From Oscillospiraceae bacterium (lineage in GTDB: Bacteria; Bacillota; Clostridia; Oscillospirales; Oscillospiraceae): a stretch of DNA of 64,000 bases. Numbering within the stretch: position 1 is the first letter of the stretch; every line of letters begins with the position of its first letter. Below are positions 29,259 to 38,449 of the stretch, piece after piece. Location: assembly GCA_015068225.1 (NCBI GenBank), contig SVKX01000001.1, positions 44,363 to 108,362 on the forward strand. Reading direction: 5' to 3'. The translations under genes and the position numbers were made by a program. The notes below the pieces were generated by a model. The model did no database searches. It was not told where the DNA came from and was given only the letters and a program-made list of their open reading frames with translations.

Positions 29259-29457
29259 ATGGCAGAGCCAAAGGTACGGAGGTCATCCCTTGTATCCAGA
29301 CACTGGCTTACCTGAATGCGTATATTCACAGAGAAACAGACCGAATCGGGGAACTGGAGGACCGGTGCTGGATCCTCTTTGTAGAAACGAAATGACAACG
29401 ACAGACCCTATTTACCATGATAACTGGAGCATGGCAGTAACAACAAATGTAATCTAA
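29259..29457 (+). pseudogene. Collapsed remnant of a GH20 (GcnA-like) beta-N-acetylhexosaminidase
   Basis: RBS+ATG, then AKGTEVIPCIQTLAYL in one frame, then C-terminus-like DRIGELE / PIYHDNW..VTTNVI* across a frameshift. Confidence 0.6.
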
Positions 29458-29478
29458 TTCAGAAAGGAAGAATGAATT

Positions 29479-31122
29479 ATGCAGTATACATTTAAAACCG
29501 TCAGCAGTCTGGAAAAGGTATTCCCCGGTGCGCTTAAGCCCATGACCGAGGTCACCTCCGGCACCATGCTGAAGAATGAGATCCATTCCTTCCAGCTGGT
29601 AATGACGCTGGAGGAAGAGAATCTGTATGCCAGCAAATACACCATGGAGCTTGTTTCCGAGCTTTCTCCCTACATTAAAATTTATCAGGTGGGCAATGTG
29701 CCCGTTGATATGCCTGTTAACAAGGGAACGAACGACGATGATTTTCTGTTCCAGGAGCCTGGTATAGCACCGGACCCCCTGTACAGATATACAAAGGGCG
29801 AATTTGTCATTCCCAATGGCGGAAATTGCTGTTACTGGATCAGCGTGGAGCCGGAGGGAAAGATCGCAGGTACGTATCCCATTGAGATCCGCGTTTTTGA
29901 TGATGAGAAGAATCAGGTAGGTCAGGTTCGGTATGATCTGGAGATCATCGATGCTGAGCTTCCTAAGCTGTCTATTTACAATACCAACTGGTTTCATGGC
30001 GACTGCATCGGCACGCACCATGGCGTAAAGATTCTCAGCGATGCATGGTTTGATCTGGTAGATGCTTATATGGCTGTCTATGCCAAGTTTGGTCTTAATT
30101 TGATCCTGACACCGGTATTTACGCCCCCTCTGGACACCAATATTGGCGAAGAGCGTCCCACTACCCAGTTGGTAGAGGTCACCTGCACCAACGGCCAGTA
30201 TTCCTTCGGCTTTGACAATCTGAAGCGCTGGATTGACCTGACCCGGAAAAACGGGATCGAGTTCCTGGAGATCAGTCACCTGTTTACTCAGTGGGGTGCA
30301 AAGCACTGCCCCAAGATCATGGCAACCGTAGACGGTGAGTACAAGCGGATCTTCGGGTGGGATACAGACGCCGTATCTCCGGAGTATGAGGCATTTCTGG
30401 ATGCCTTCCTGCCGGCACTGATCCAGTTCCTGACCGCAGAGGGCATTATGGATAAGTGCCTGTTCCATGTTTCCGATGAGCCTTCTGAGGAACACAGAGA
30501 GCAGTACGCTGCCTGCAAGGCTCTGCTGACCAAGCATCTGGATGAAAACTGCCTGATCGATGCTCTGAGCAAATACGAGTTCTATACCAGCGGTGCCGTG
30601 AAGAACCCGGTGGCTGCCAATAACCATATTCAGCCTTTCCTGGATAACAATGTGGAAACCCTCTGGACCTACTATTGCTGCGCTCAGAGAGAGGATGTTG
30701 CCAACCGGTTTATAGCCATGCCCTCTCACCGTAACAGGGTTCTGGGTGCCCAGCTGTACAAGTACAATATCAAGGGCTTCCTGCAGTGGGGCTTCAATTT
30801 CTGGTACTCTGTCCGGTCTCAGAGAGCGATCAATCCCTATACGGATACCGCTTCGGATTACACATTCCCCGCAGGTGATGCCTTTGTGGTATACCCCAAG
30901 CTGCCCTGGCAGGAAGAGCCTGTGTACTCCCTGCGGCTGTTCGTATACAATGAAGCATTCCAGGATTTCCGCGCACTGAAGCTGCTGGAATCCCTGACCT
31001 CCAGAGAAGAGGCTCTGTCCCTGCTGACTGAGCTGGAGAACTTCGATAAGTACCCCAGAAACGGCGAATTCTATATCCAGCTGCGGGAGACCATCAATCA
31101 GAAGATCAAAGCCGCGCTGTAA
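29479..31122 (+). CDS. DUF4091 domain protein (GH123-related putative beta-N-acetylhexosaminidase)
   Basis: TNWFH.DC, LFTQWGA, FHVSDEP, WTYYC, GFLQWGFNFW, FPAGDAFVVYP and SLRL. Confidence 0.75.
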   Translation: MQYTFKTVSSLEKVFPGALKPMTEVTSGTMLKNEIHSFQLVMTLEEENLYASKYTMELVSELSPYIKIYQVGNVPVDMPVNKGTNDDDFLFQEPGIAPDPLYRYTKGEFVIPNGGNCCYWISVEPEGKIAGTYPIEIRVFDDEKNQVGQVRYDLEIIDAELPKLSIYNTNWFHGDCIGTHHGVKILSDAWFDLVDAYMAVYAKFGLNLILTPVFTPPLDTNIGEERPTTQLVEVTCTNGQYSFGFDNLKRWIDLTRKNGIEFLEISHLFTQWGAKHCPKIMATVDGEYKRIFGWDTDAVSPEYEAFLDAFLPALIQFLTAEGIMDKCLFHVSDEPSEEHREQYAACKALLTKHLDENCLIDALSKYEFYTSGAVKNPVAANNHIQPFLDNNVETLWTYYCCAQREDVANRFIAMPSHRNRVLGAQLYKYNIKGFLQWGFNFWYSVRSQRAINPYTDTASDYTFPAGDAFVVYPKLPWQEEPVYSLRLFVYNEAFQDFRALKLLESLTSREEALSLLTELENFDKYPRNGEFYIQLRETINQKIKAAL

Positions 31123-31214
31123 AAGAATAAGATCCCGCGCCGGACTTCCGGCGCAGGATAACGCAAATCTTGTCATACGCCGGAAAGTTCCGGCACAAAG
31201 GAGAGATAATTTCC

Positions 31215-31904
31215 ATGGGTGGATTTTTTAGTTATGATGGCCTTTTCTCCAAATATGGTGGAAAGCTGTGGGATTTGATCTGGCTCAATATTCTGACGCT
31301 GGTCTGCTCCATTCCAATTGTGACCTCCAGCGCTGCAGTGACAGCTATGCACTATGTAGAGCTGAAGATACTCAGAAATGAGGAATACGGCATTACAGCA
31401 TCGTTTTTCAGATCCTTCAAGATGAACCTGAAGCAGGGGCTTGCCATTCAGATCATATTTTTGCCGGTGGGATATTTACTTGCTACTACGCTTTTAATGA
31501 CCTGGAAGACAACTTCCGGATCTCCGGACTTTATGTTTTATGTGGCGGTAGTGGCAGCGGCATTGGCGTTCTGCGTATGGATCTGGACGCTGGTCCTGCT
31601 GTCACGCTATACCAATACTGTTGTAAGAACAATAAAACAGGCGATTATCGCCTGCCTTGTATATCCGGTGCGCTCGCTCCTGATGGGTGCGTTGGGTGTG
31701 ATTCCTTTTGTTATATTTCTGTTTGATATAAGAGCTGTCTTGATCATCATGATGCTGGGCGTTTCCGGCCCGGGCATTTTGCAGGCATGGCTTTATAACG
31801 ATGTGCTGAAGCGGCTGGAAACTGCCGCAGAGGAACGTGAGGAAGCACTTTTAGAGGAAACCTCTGAGGAGACATCAGAAGAAGACGATCAAACTGATGA
31901 ATAA
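31215..31904 (+). CDS. YesL/DUF624 family membrane protein
   Basis: DLIWLNIL..CSIPIVT and FF.SFK.NLKQ motifs. Confidence 0.8.
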   Translation: MGGFFSYDGLFSKYGGKLWDLIWLNILTLVCSIPIVTSSAAVTAMHYVELKILRNEEYGITASFFRSFKMNLKQGLAIQIIFLPVGYLLATTLLMTWKTTSGSPDFMFYVAVVAAALAFCVWIWTLVLLSRYTNTVVRTIKQAIIACLVYPVRSLLMGALGVIPFVIFLFDIRAVLIIMMLGVSGPGILQAWLYNDVLKRLETAAEEREEALLEETSEETSEEDDQTDE

Positions 31905-31918
31905 ACGGAGTGATAAAA

Positions 31919-33139
31919 ATGGAGAAGAAACTGAGACTTGTCCAAATTGGTTTGGGACATCGTGGTGCAGGTTTGTTGAGAAATATTCTTGCCAATATGG
32001 AAGACATTGAGTTCGTCGGTGTGTGCGATGCATATGCTGACCGCACAAAGGATGCGGCGGATGCGGTAGAGGAAAAAACTGGCAAGCGTCCTGCAGAAAC
32101 CCAGAATTACCGGGAGCTTTTGAACAAGGAAAAGGTAGATGCTGTGCTGGTTTCCAGTGCCTGGGAGCAGCATATCGATATTGCCTGCGCGGCTATGGAG
32201 GCGGGGATCCCCGTTGGCTGCGAGGTTGGCGGTGCATATACCCTGGAGGACTGCTGGAGACTGGTACATACCTACGAGCGCACCGGTACACCCTGCATGA
32301 TGCTGGAAAACTGCTGCTATGGCAAGCGGGAACTGATGGTCAAAAACATGGTGGAGCAGGGTGTCTTCGGTGAAATTGTTCACTGTGATGGCGGCTACTG
32401 CCATGACCTGCGCAAGGAGATCTCCTACGGTGTGGAGAATCGTCACTATCGCCTGCGGAACTATCTGCACCGCAACTGTGACAATTACCCCACCCATGCG
32501 CTGGTGCCGCTGGGTAAGATTTTGAAGATCAACGACGGCAACCGGTTCACAAATCTGGTCTCTGTGGCTTCCTGTGCCAAGGGTCTGCACGAATACATTG
32601 TGAAGGAAAAAGGTGCGGATAATCCGCTGGCTTCTGCCCAGTTCTGTCAGGGCGATGTGGTGACTACGGTGATTCGTTGTGCCAACGGCCAAACTGTGCG
32701 CATTACCCTGGATACCACTCTGCCCAGAGCTTACAGCCGACAGTTTACGGTCAGAGGCACCAAGGGTGCTTATTTCGAGGACATGGATGCCGTGTACATC
32801 GACGGCCAGACAGATGAGGCAGAGTTTGATGCCAAGAAGATCTGGGACAATGCCAAGGATTACGAAAAAGATTATCAGCATCCCCTGTGGGAGGACTACA
32901 AGATGGCCGATGATCACGGCGGCATTGATTTTCTGGTGCTGCGGGCCTTCTTTGAAAGCGTGATGCTGGGCATTGAGCCGCCCATCGATGTGTATGATAT
33001 GGCAACTTATATGAGCATCAGCGTTTTGAGTGAGGAATCCATCGCAAACGGTGGTGTCAATGTGGCCGTGCCCGACTTTACCAACGGTAAGTGGACCTTC
33101 CGCAAGGAATATCCTGAATTTAAGTACGCACTTCGCTGA
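31919..33139 (+). CDS. GH109-like NAD+-dependent glycosidase (Gfo/Idh/MocA fold)
   Basis: GLG.RG, MMLENCCY, GGY.HDLR, NYPTH signature, DHGGID and PDFT.GKW. Confidence 0.8.
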   Translation: MEKKLRLVQIGLGHRGAGLLRNILANMEDIEFVGVCDAYADRTKDAADAVEEKTGKRPAETQNYRELLNKEKVDAVLVSSAWEQHIDIACAAMEAGIPVGCEVGGAYTLEDCWRLVHTYERTGTPCMMLENCCYGKRELMVKNMVEQGVFGEIVHCDGGYCHDLRKEISYGVENRHYRLRNYLHRNCDNYPTHALVPLGKILKINDGNRFTNLVSVASCAKGLHEYIVKEKGADNPLASAQFCQGDVVTTVIRCANGQTVRITLDTTLPRAYSRQFTVRGTKGAYFEDMDAVYIDGQTDEAEFDAKKIWDNAKDYEKDYQHPLWEDYKMADDHGGIDFLVLRAFFESVMLGIEPPIDVYDMATYMSISVLSEESIANGGVNVAVPDFTNGKWTFRKEYPEFKYALR

Positions 33140-33142
33140 ATA

Positions 33143-33171
33143 AAAACGGAACCGCTTAGCGGTTCCGTTTT
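33143..33171. terminator. Bidirectional terminator
   Basis: AAAACGGAACCGC-TTA-GCGGTTCCGTTTT. Confidence 0.8.
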
Positions 33172-33175
33172 CCTT

Positions 33176-34339
33176 TTATACTTTTATCTGACCGCCTATA
33201 ATGACGGATTTTACCCGGATCTGATGGTCAAAGATCACAAGATCTGCATCAAAGCCCTCCTTCAGCTGCCCCTTTTGGGCAAGCCCCATGATCCTTGCTG
33301 GGATCTGGGTGAGCATTTTGACAGCTGCCCACAGAGGAATCCCGGCCTTTTCTACACAGGTGCGGATTAGAGCATCTGTGGTGGCGATACTTCCGGCAAA
33401 TGCGCTGCGGTCGGCAAGCTTTGCCACACCGTCTTCAATGATATAGGGTACGGACTTTGTACCGCTTTCCACAGCATCACAGTCCGTCCGTCCGCCGTAG
33501 CGGATGGCATCTGTGATCAGGCACATGTGCTCCGGCCCTTTTAGCTTATAGATAAGCTGCAACAGCAGGGGCGGCAGATGGCAGCCGTCTGCAATAGCCT
33601 CTACATCCATTTCGTCCAGCAGATAAGCAGATTCAATGACTCCCAGATGCCGGAAACCGCCCTTGCGGGTGATGGTGGAGGTGGCAGAGTATAGATGCGT
33701 GATCAGCTTACAGCCCAGATCAAAGGCTGCCTTTATATGACAGTATTCCGCATCTGTATGGCCGGCAGCACCTACAATGCCATGGTTTGCAAGAAACCGC
33801 TGAAAATCCTCCGAACCGGGATTCTCCGGCGCATAGCTCCAGCGCTTGATCAGGTGACCGTACTGCCGGGTGATCCGGGCGTATTCCTCAGGATCGGGAT
33901 CGCGGATATACTGAGGGTCCTGCGCGCCGCATTGGTTTTTTGAAAAATACGGTCCCTCCAGGTGGACACCGCCAATATTGGGCAGCAGCGATGCGCTGTC
34001 GAGACTTTTCGCAATAGCTGCAAGAGCAGCGACAGTGGTGCGCTCATCAAACGCGGATAAAGTGGGGAAAATCGTGGTCGTGCCGTGCTTTGCGTGGATA
34101 TTGGCTGCAGCGATCACTGCGTCGACAGTGGCATCGATAAACTCCCAGCCATCACCGCCGTGAACATGGATATCAATAAATCCGGGCGATACGAAATTTC
34201 CTGCCGCGTCGATTTCCTGCTGAAAGGGAAGCTCCTGAGCAGTAACAGCGCAGATTCTACCATCGGCATAATACAAATAAAGGCCTTCTTGAATGCCATC
34301 CGGTAGAACAAGTTTTCCATTTTTGATTCTTACAATCAT
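33176..34339 (-). CDS. nagA: N-acetylhexosamine-6-phosphate deacetylase
   Basis: PGFIDIHVHG, HLEGPY, THLY, ADGCH and FAGS motifs. Confidence 0.85.
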   Translation of the reverse strand: MIVRIKNGKLVLPDGIQEGLYLYYADGRICAVTAQELPFQQEIDAAGNFVSPGFIDIHVHGGDGWEFIDATVDAVIAAANIHAKHGTTTIFPTLSAFDERTTVAALAAIAKSLDSASLLPNIGGVHLEGPYFSKNQCGAQDPQYIRDPDPEEYARITRQYGHLIKRWSYAPENPGSEDFQRFLANHGIVGAAGHTDAEYCHIKAAFDLGCKLITHLYSATSTITRKGGFRHLGVIESAYLLDEMDVEAIADGCHLPPLLLQLIYKLKGPEHMCLITDAIRYGGRTDCDAVESGTKSVPYIIEDGVAKLADRSAFAGSIATTDALIRTCVEKAGIPLWAAVKMLTQIPARIMGLAQKGQLKEGFDADLVIFDHQIRVKSVIIGGQIKV

Positions 34340-34585
34340 GAAATGCACCACCTTTTCCTTACAAAAATACCACATAATTGCGCCTTTCGCAAGAAAATAT
34401 TCCAATTGCCGCGCAATCGAATAAAACGCAAATATTAGGCAAAAACAATGAAAATACTTGCGAAAACTTCAAACTGATTTTTTGCTTTATTGACTAAATC
34501 TCAAAGAGAAAGTATAATTCATTTAGAGAAAACGCAAACACACTGGAAAATTAACTGTAAAAACCGACATAAAGGGGGTAAAATA

Positions 34586-35419
34586 ATGGAAAAAGAGATC
34601 TCTTTGTACAAGGAAATAGAGGAGCCGGTAGTGGTATTCCATAAACCTGTTACAGAGCCGCACCGGAATATTCCCCACTTGCACAGTCAGTATGAGTTTT
34701 GCTACAACATTCAGGGTGCGGACGGTATGTTTGCGGACAAAAAGCTTTATAAATGCGAGGGTCATGACCTGTTTTTGATCCCCCAGACCTGTGTGCATCG
34801 GATTCTCGTGCCAAAGGGAGCGCATTATGAGCGCTGTGTTATCAATCTGGATGCAAGTTTTGTGGATGCTATCAATGCCTTGCCCGGCATGGAAGGTGCA
34901 CTTATGTGGCTGGAAAAGCATGCTTCCGGAGCGCCGCTGAAGGTGCGCCTAAACGATTTGGACCATCAAAAGTTTGTTACGATGGTGGATGCCTATCTCT
35001 ATCCCGCTCAAACGCAGCAAAGCAAGCTGTCGGTGCTTATGCAGCTGCTGGTTTTTCTGGAGAAGCAGTTCAGTTCTGCAAAAGAGGGAGAGGTCAGACA
35101 GGCGGAATCCCTTGCTGAGCGGGCGCTGGTGATCATTGAAGAAAATTTCAGGCAGATCAAGGTCTCCCAGCTTTCCAAGGAGCTGTATGTCAATTCCGGC
35201 TATCTTTCCGATCTGTTCAAAGAGGCTTACGGCATTACTCCCGGTCAGTATTTGCTCCTTCGCAAGGTGGCAGAAGCGAAAAAGCACCTGTATCTGGGTC
35301 GATCCGGCAGTGAGGCCTGCGCCCTGTCCGGCTTTGGAAACTACACCAACTTCATCCGGACCTTTAAGAAGATCGAGGGATATCCCCCGGGAAGTCTAGA
35401 GAAGCTGGATCCGCTTTGA
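34586..35419 (+). CDS. AraC-family transcriptional regulator
   Basis: N-terminal cupin PHLHSQYE and C-terminal GFGNYTNFIRTFKK..G.PP. Confidence 0.88.
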   Translation: MEKEISLYKEIEEPVVVFHKPVTEPHRNIPHLHSQYEFCYNIQGADGMFADKKLYKCEGHDLFLIPQTCVHRILVPKGAHYERCVINLDASFVDAINALPGMEGALMWLEKHASGAPLKVRLNDLDHQKFVTMVDAYLYPAQTQQSKLSVLMQLLVFLEKQFSSAKEGEVRQAESLAERALVIIEENFRQIKVSQLSKELYVNSGYLSDLFKEAYGITPGQYLLLRKVAEAKKHLYLGRSGSEACALSGFGNYTNFIRTFKKIEGYPPGSLEKLDPL

Positions 35420-35441
35420 TGCATTTCCATAATAGATTTTC

Positions 35442-35472
35442 ATCCCCCAAGCCGAAAGGCCTGGGGGATGTT
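35442..35472. terminator. Terminator between convergent genes
   Basis: CATCCCCCAAGCC-GAAA-GGCCTGGGGGATG followed by TTTT. Confidence 0.75.
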
Positions 35473-35489
35473 TTCTGTGCTTAGGAGGG

Positions 35490-36740
35490 TTATTTGCTTT
35501 CTGCAAAGAATGCGGAAACTTTGGTGATCGCTTCGATAATAGCGTCCACATCCTCATCGGTGTAGAATTCGCTGATACCAAAGCGGATAGAGGTGCGCAG
35601 TACATCCTCCGCAGTGGGGCAAAGTCCTGTTTTGTATTCATAGGTGGTTCCGTTTTTAGGGCACTGGAAGGGGCAGTGGGAACCGGGATAGCCGCTCTGA
35701 TTCCGGAAAATTTCATATTCGTAAACGCAATTCGGAATATAGCCCAGCATATTGGGAATGCCTTCTGCCTTAAGTGCCTCGGAAAACTTGGCGGGGCTGA
35801 CACCGGCAAGCCCCTCGTTGATCCGGAACATATAGAACCAGTAAGTGCTCTTGCAGCCATCATAAACCTTAGGCGGCTCGATACCAGGAAGATCCTTGAT
35901 GGCAGCACTGATCCGCTCGCCAATGGCATTGCGCCGGGCACAGATCCAGGGCAGCTTTTTCAGCTGGGCAATACCCACAGCACCGGTCAGCTCGTTCATC
36001 CGGTAGTTGGGCGCGATAAAGGGGATGTCCCGGTTAAGCGAGCCTTGGTCTGCCAGTCGCTGATAATTCTTGTCGGCAAACCGGAGGGCGGCATGATAAA
36101 TGCCAGCATCCTTCGTGATCAGCAGTCCTCCGTCGCCGGCGCTGATTTGCTTGTAATCATTGAGGCTGAAGCAGCCCACATCGCCGATGGTACCGCAGAG
36201 CTTACCCTTGTAGGTGGCCAGATAACTCTGGGCGCAATCTTCAATAACTTTCAGATTGTGCCGTTTGGCAATTTCCATGATGGGATCCATATCCGCAGGT
36301 CCGCCGGTCAGGTGGACCACAAGGATCGCCTTGGTGCGGCTGGTGATCCTTTCCTCGATGCTTTTTGGATCCATGTTATAGCTGTTGGGATCCACATCGG
36401 CAAATACGGGAACAGCATTTTGAAACAGGATTCCGATTATAGTACCCATATCCGTGATGGGCGATGTGATCACTTCGTCCCCAACGGTAACCCCACAGGC
36501 GCCCAGCGCCACATGAATGGCGGCAGTACCGGAGGAGGCGGCAACACAGTAGGGCATCTGGTACATTTCCCGGAATCGCTCCGTCAGAGTCTTTACCTTA
36601 TTGCCGTACCAGTAAAAGAGGGAATTCTGCTCCAGCGCTTCTTTCAGCTCTGTAAGCTCTTCCTGACCGAACCGCATCCCCGTTCCAAACGGGGTGGTTT
36701 TGACTTTTTCTCCGCCGTAGAGGGCGATATTCTGTGCCAT
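35490..36740 (-). CDS. DegT/DnrJ/EryC1/StrS family PLP aminotransferase
   Basis: SSGTAAIH, GDEVIT, IEDCAQS, FSLNDYKQISAGDGG and NYRMNEL. Confidence 0.9.
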   Translation of the reverse strand: MAQNIALYGGEKVKTTPFGTGMRFGQEELTELKEALEQNSLFYWYGNKVKTLTERFREMYQMPYCVAASSGTAAIHVALGACGVTVGDEVITSPITDMGTIIGILFQNAVPVFADVDPNSYNMDPKSIEERITSRTKAILVVHLTGGPADMDPIMEIAKRHNLKVIEDCAQSYLATYKGKLCGTIGDVGCFSLNDYKQISAGDGGLLITKDAGIYHAALRFADKNYQRLADQGSLNRDIPFIAPNYRMNELTGAVGIAQLKKLPWICARRNAIGERISAAIKDLPGIEPPKVYDGCKSTYWFYMFRINEGLAGVSPAKFSEALKAEGIPNMLGYIPNCVYEYEIFRNQSGYPGSHCPFQCPKNGTTYEYKTGLCPTAEDVLRTSIRFGISEFYTDEDVDAIIEAITKVSAFFAESK

Positions 36741-36741
36741 A

Positions 36742-37515
36742 TCATATGCCTCCGTCAAATCCAAAAATATTTGCGGCATTGTCGTACCAGATCATCTGCT
36801 GCTGTTTTTCTGTTAGGGCGTTATGCAGCATATTCTGCACAGCGCAGCTCAGGGCGTGCAGGTGGGCGCCGGAGCCAAACATCAGGTGCTCGCAGCCCAA
36901 AAGATCAGCGGCCTGGTCCAAAGCGGTCAGAGGGGCGTTCAGTCCGGAGATGTCGGCGAATGTATTCTTTCGGGAGGAGATGGCGCTGCTCAGGCCGGAC
37001 AAGTTGCCCCAATAGCCATGGGTAACGATCACCGGGACATCCGGCAGATCCTTCAGCACGCCGGACAGCCGGGCCATATCCAGAGTTGTCTGCATCACCA
37101 TGTAGTCAACTCTGGGATCTTCCAGGTTCAGAGTAATGAAAAGCGGCAGCGACAGCTTCTCCGCGGCAGACAATACCGCCTGAGTGCCTTTGCCCTCCCA
37201 GGAAAAATTGTGGAAAGTGGGCACAAGACGAATGCCCTTGACGGCATAATTTTCAAAGGCATCCACGCACAGCTGAGCTGCGTCAGGAAGCTCCGGATTC
37301 ACAGCAAATACCTGACCATACCCTTCCGGAAGCTGCTGATACAGCTCCCTGGCAGCGGTAAGGGGATCCAGATAAAAGACAGTCTGCAGAGATGTAATCA
37401 AGCCACCCTCAATGCCGGCAGCCTTGTGGGCGGCGGCCAGATGATCACAGCCGGGGTGGGCGGTACTGTGGAAGGGCCAGTGCCCGGAGAAACAGTTTAC
37501 ATCAAATCTTTTCAT
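36742..37515 (-). CDS. Amidohydrolase_2 family protein (metal ligands degenerate)
   Basis: FDVNCF.G.WPF, GIRLVP..H, LMFGS and IWYDNA..IF. Confidence 0.7.
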   Translation of the reverse strand: MKRFDVNCFSGHWPFHSTAHPGCDHLAAAHKAAGIEGGLITSLQTVFYLDPLTAARELYQQLPEGYGQVFAVNPELPDAAQLCVDAFENYAVKGIRLVPTFHNFSWEGKGTQAVLSAAEKLSLPLFITLNLEDPRVDYMVMQTTLDMARLSGVLKDLPDVPVIVTHGYWGNLSGLSSAISSRKNTFADISGLNAPLTALDQAADLLGCEHLMFGSGAHLHALSCAVQNMLHNALTEKQQQMIWYDNAANIFGFDGGI

Positions 37516-38260
37516 AGCGGCCTCCCAAATACAGACGATCGGCATTGCGCCAGGAGATATCCTCCCGCTCCTCTTCTGTCAGCTCTGCATCCAGCAGCTG
37601 ACCAATGCTGGGGTGAAATGCAACAAGGGGTCCGTCCGTACCGAACAGGATCCGCTTGGAGCCCAGCAAACCCAGGGCATAAGGCAGTGTGTCCGCGTGG
37701 CAAAGAGAGCCGGAAAAGTCCACCCACACGTTGGGAAGAGATGCTACCGTGGGCAGCTCCCGGAAGGCAGAGGCGCCAAGGTGGGCCATTACCAGCTTCA
37801 GCTCAGGGAATCGGCGGGCAAGATTTGCCACATTCTCGCCCAGAGATTCATAAGGCAGCTGCATTCCGGGGTGGGATTTGTAAAAGGTGTGGATGAGGAC
37901 AGGCACATTTCTATCTATGCATACCCGGGCGATGGGATCTACCAGAGGGTCATCGCAGTGGGTGGCCACCCAAAGCTTTGCGCCCACAAAACCCTGATCC
38001 AACCGCCGTTCCAGCTCCTGGGCGGCGTTTTCGTGGCGGGGATTCAGTGTGCAAAGACCGGAGACGAAATCCGGACGCTCCTGCATGTATTGGTAGGTGG
38101 CATCGTTAAGGGTCTGGATCTCTGCTTCATCCGGATATAAACTTTGCAGATTGGAAACAATGACATGATCCACACCAAACCGGCAGCGGGCCAGTTCCAT
38201 ATTCTGCTTGTAAGTTTCCTCATAGGGATGGATCATATGGGTATGTGCATCAATCAGCAT
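37502..38260 (-). CDS. Amidohydrolase_2 family protein
   Basis: IDAHTH, PVLIH, MAHLG and ILFGTD.P motifs. Confidence 0.85.
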   Translation of the reverse strand: MLIDAHTHMIHPYEETYKQNMELARCRFGVDHVIVSNLQSLYPDEAEIQTLNDATYQYMQERPDFVSGLCTLNPRHENAAQELERRLDQGFVGAKLWVATHCDDPLVDPIARVCIDRNVPVLIHTFYKSHPGMQLPYESLGENVANLARRFPELKLVMAHLGASAFRELPTVASLPNVWVDFSGSLCHADTLPYALGLLGSKRILFGTDGPLVAFHPSIGQLLDAELTEEEREDISWRNADRLYLGGRYEKI

Positions 38261-38449
38261 ACGCATGACTCCTTTCGTCCTTTTTATCCAATATACTAAA
38301 ATCCAGAAGGGAAGTCAATGGATTTCCATCCGACTTTTTTTGATGGCCGTTGCAAAACGGGAAAAGCACGCCTTTGGAAAAGTGTGGGTATAAAGGGTAT
38401 ATTTTCTGGATATGATAGGAGAGTATTTTAAAAATACGGAGGAATTACT

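Noticed and set aside
29254-29457. 67-aa ORF as a real small protein
   Set aside because: Better explained as mixed-frame fragments of a deleted GH20 gene.
22716-31176. Minus-strand ORFs of 602, 401 and 616 aa
   Set aside because: Antisense to the SBP, GH31 and DUF4091 genes. Same shadow effect.
31136-31193. Twin GCCGGA..TCCGGC hairpins as a repeat element
   Set aside because: Only two short copies. Most simply intercistronic stability hairpins.
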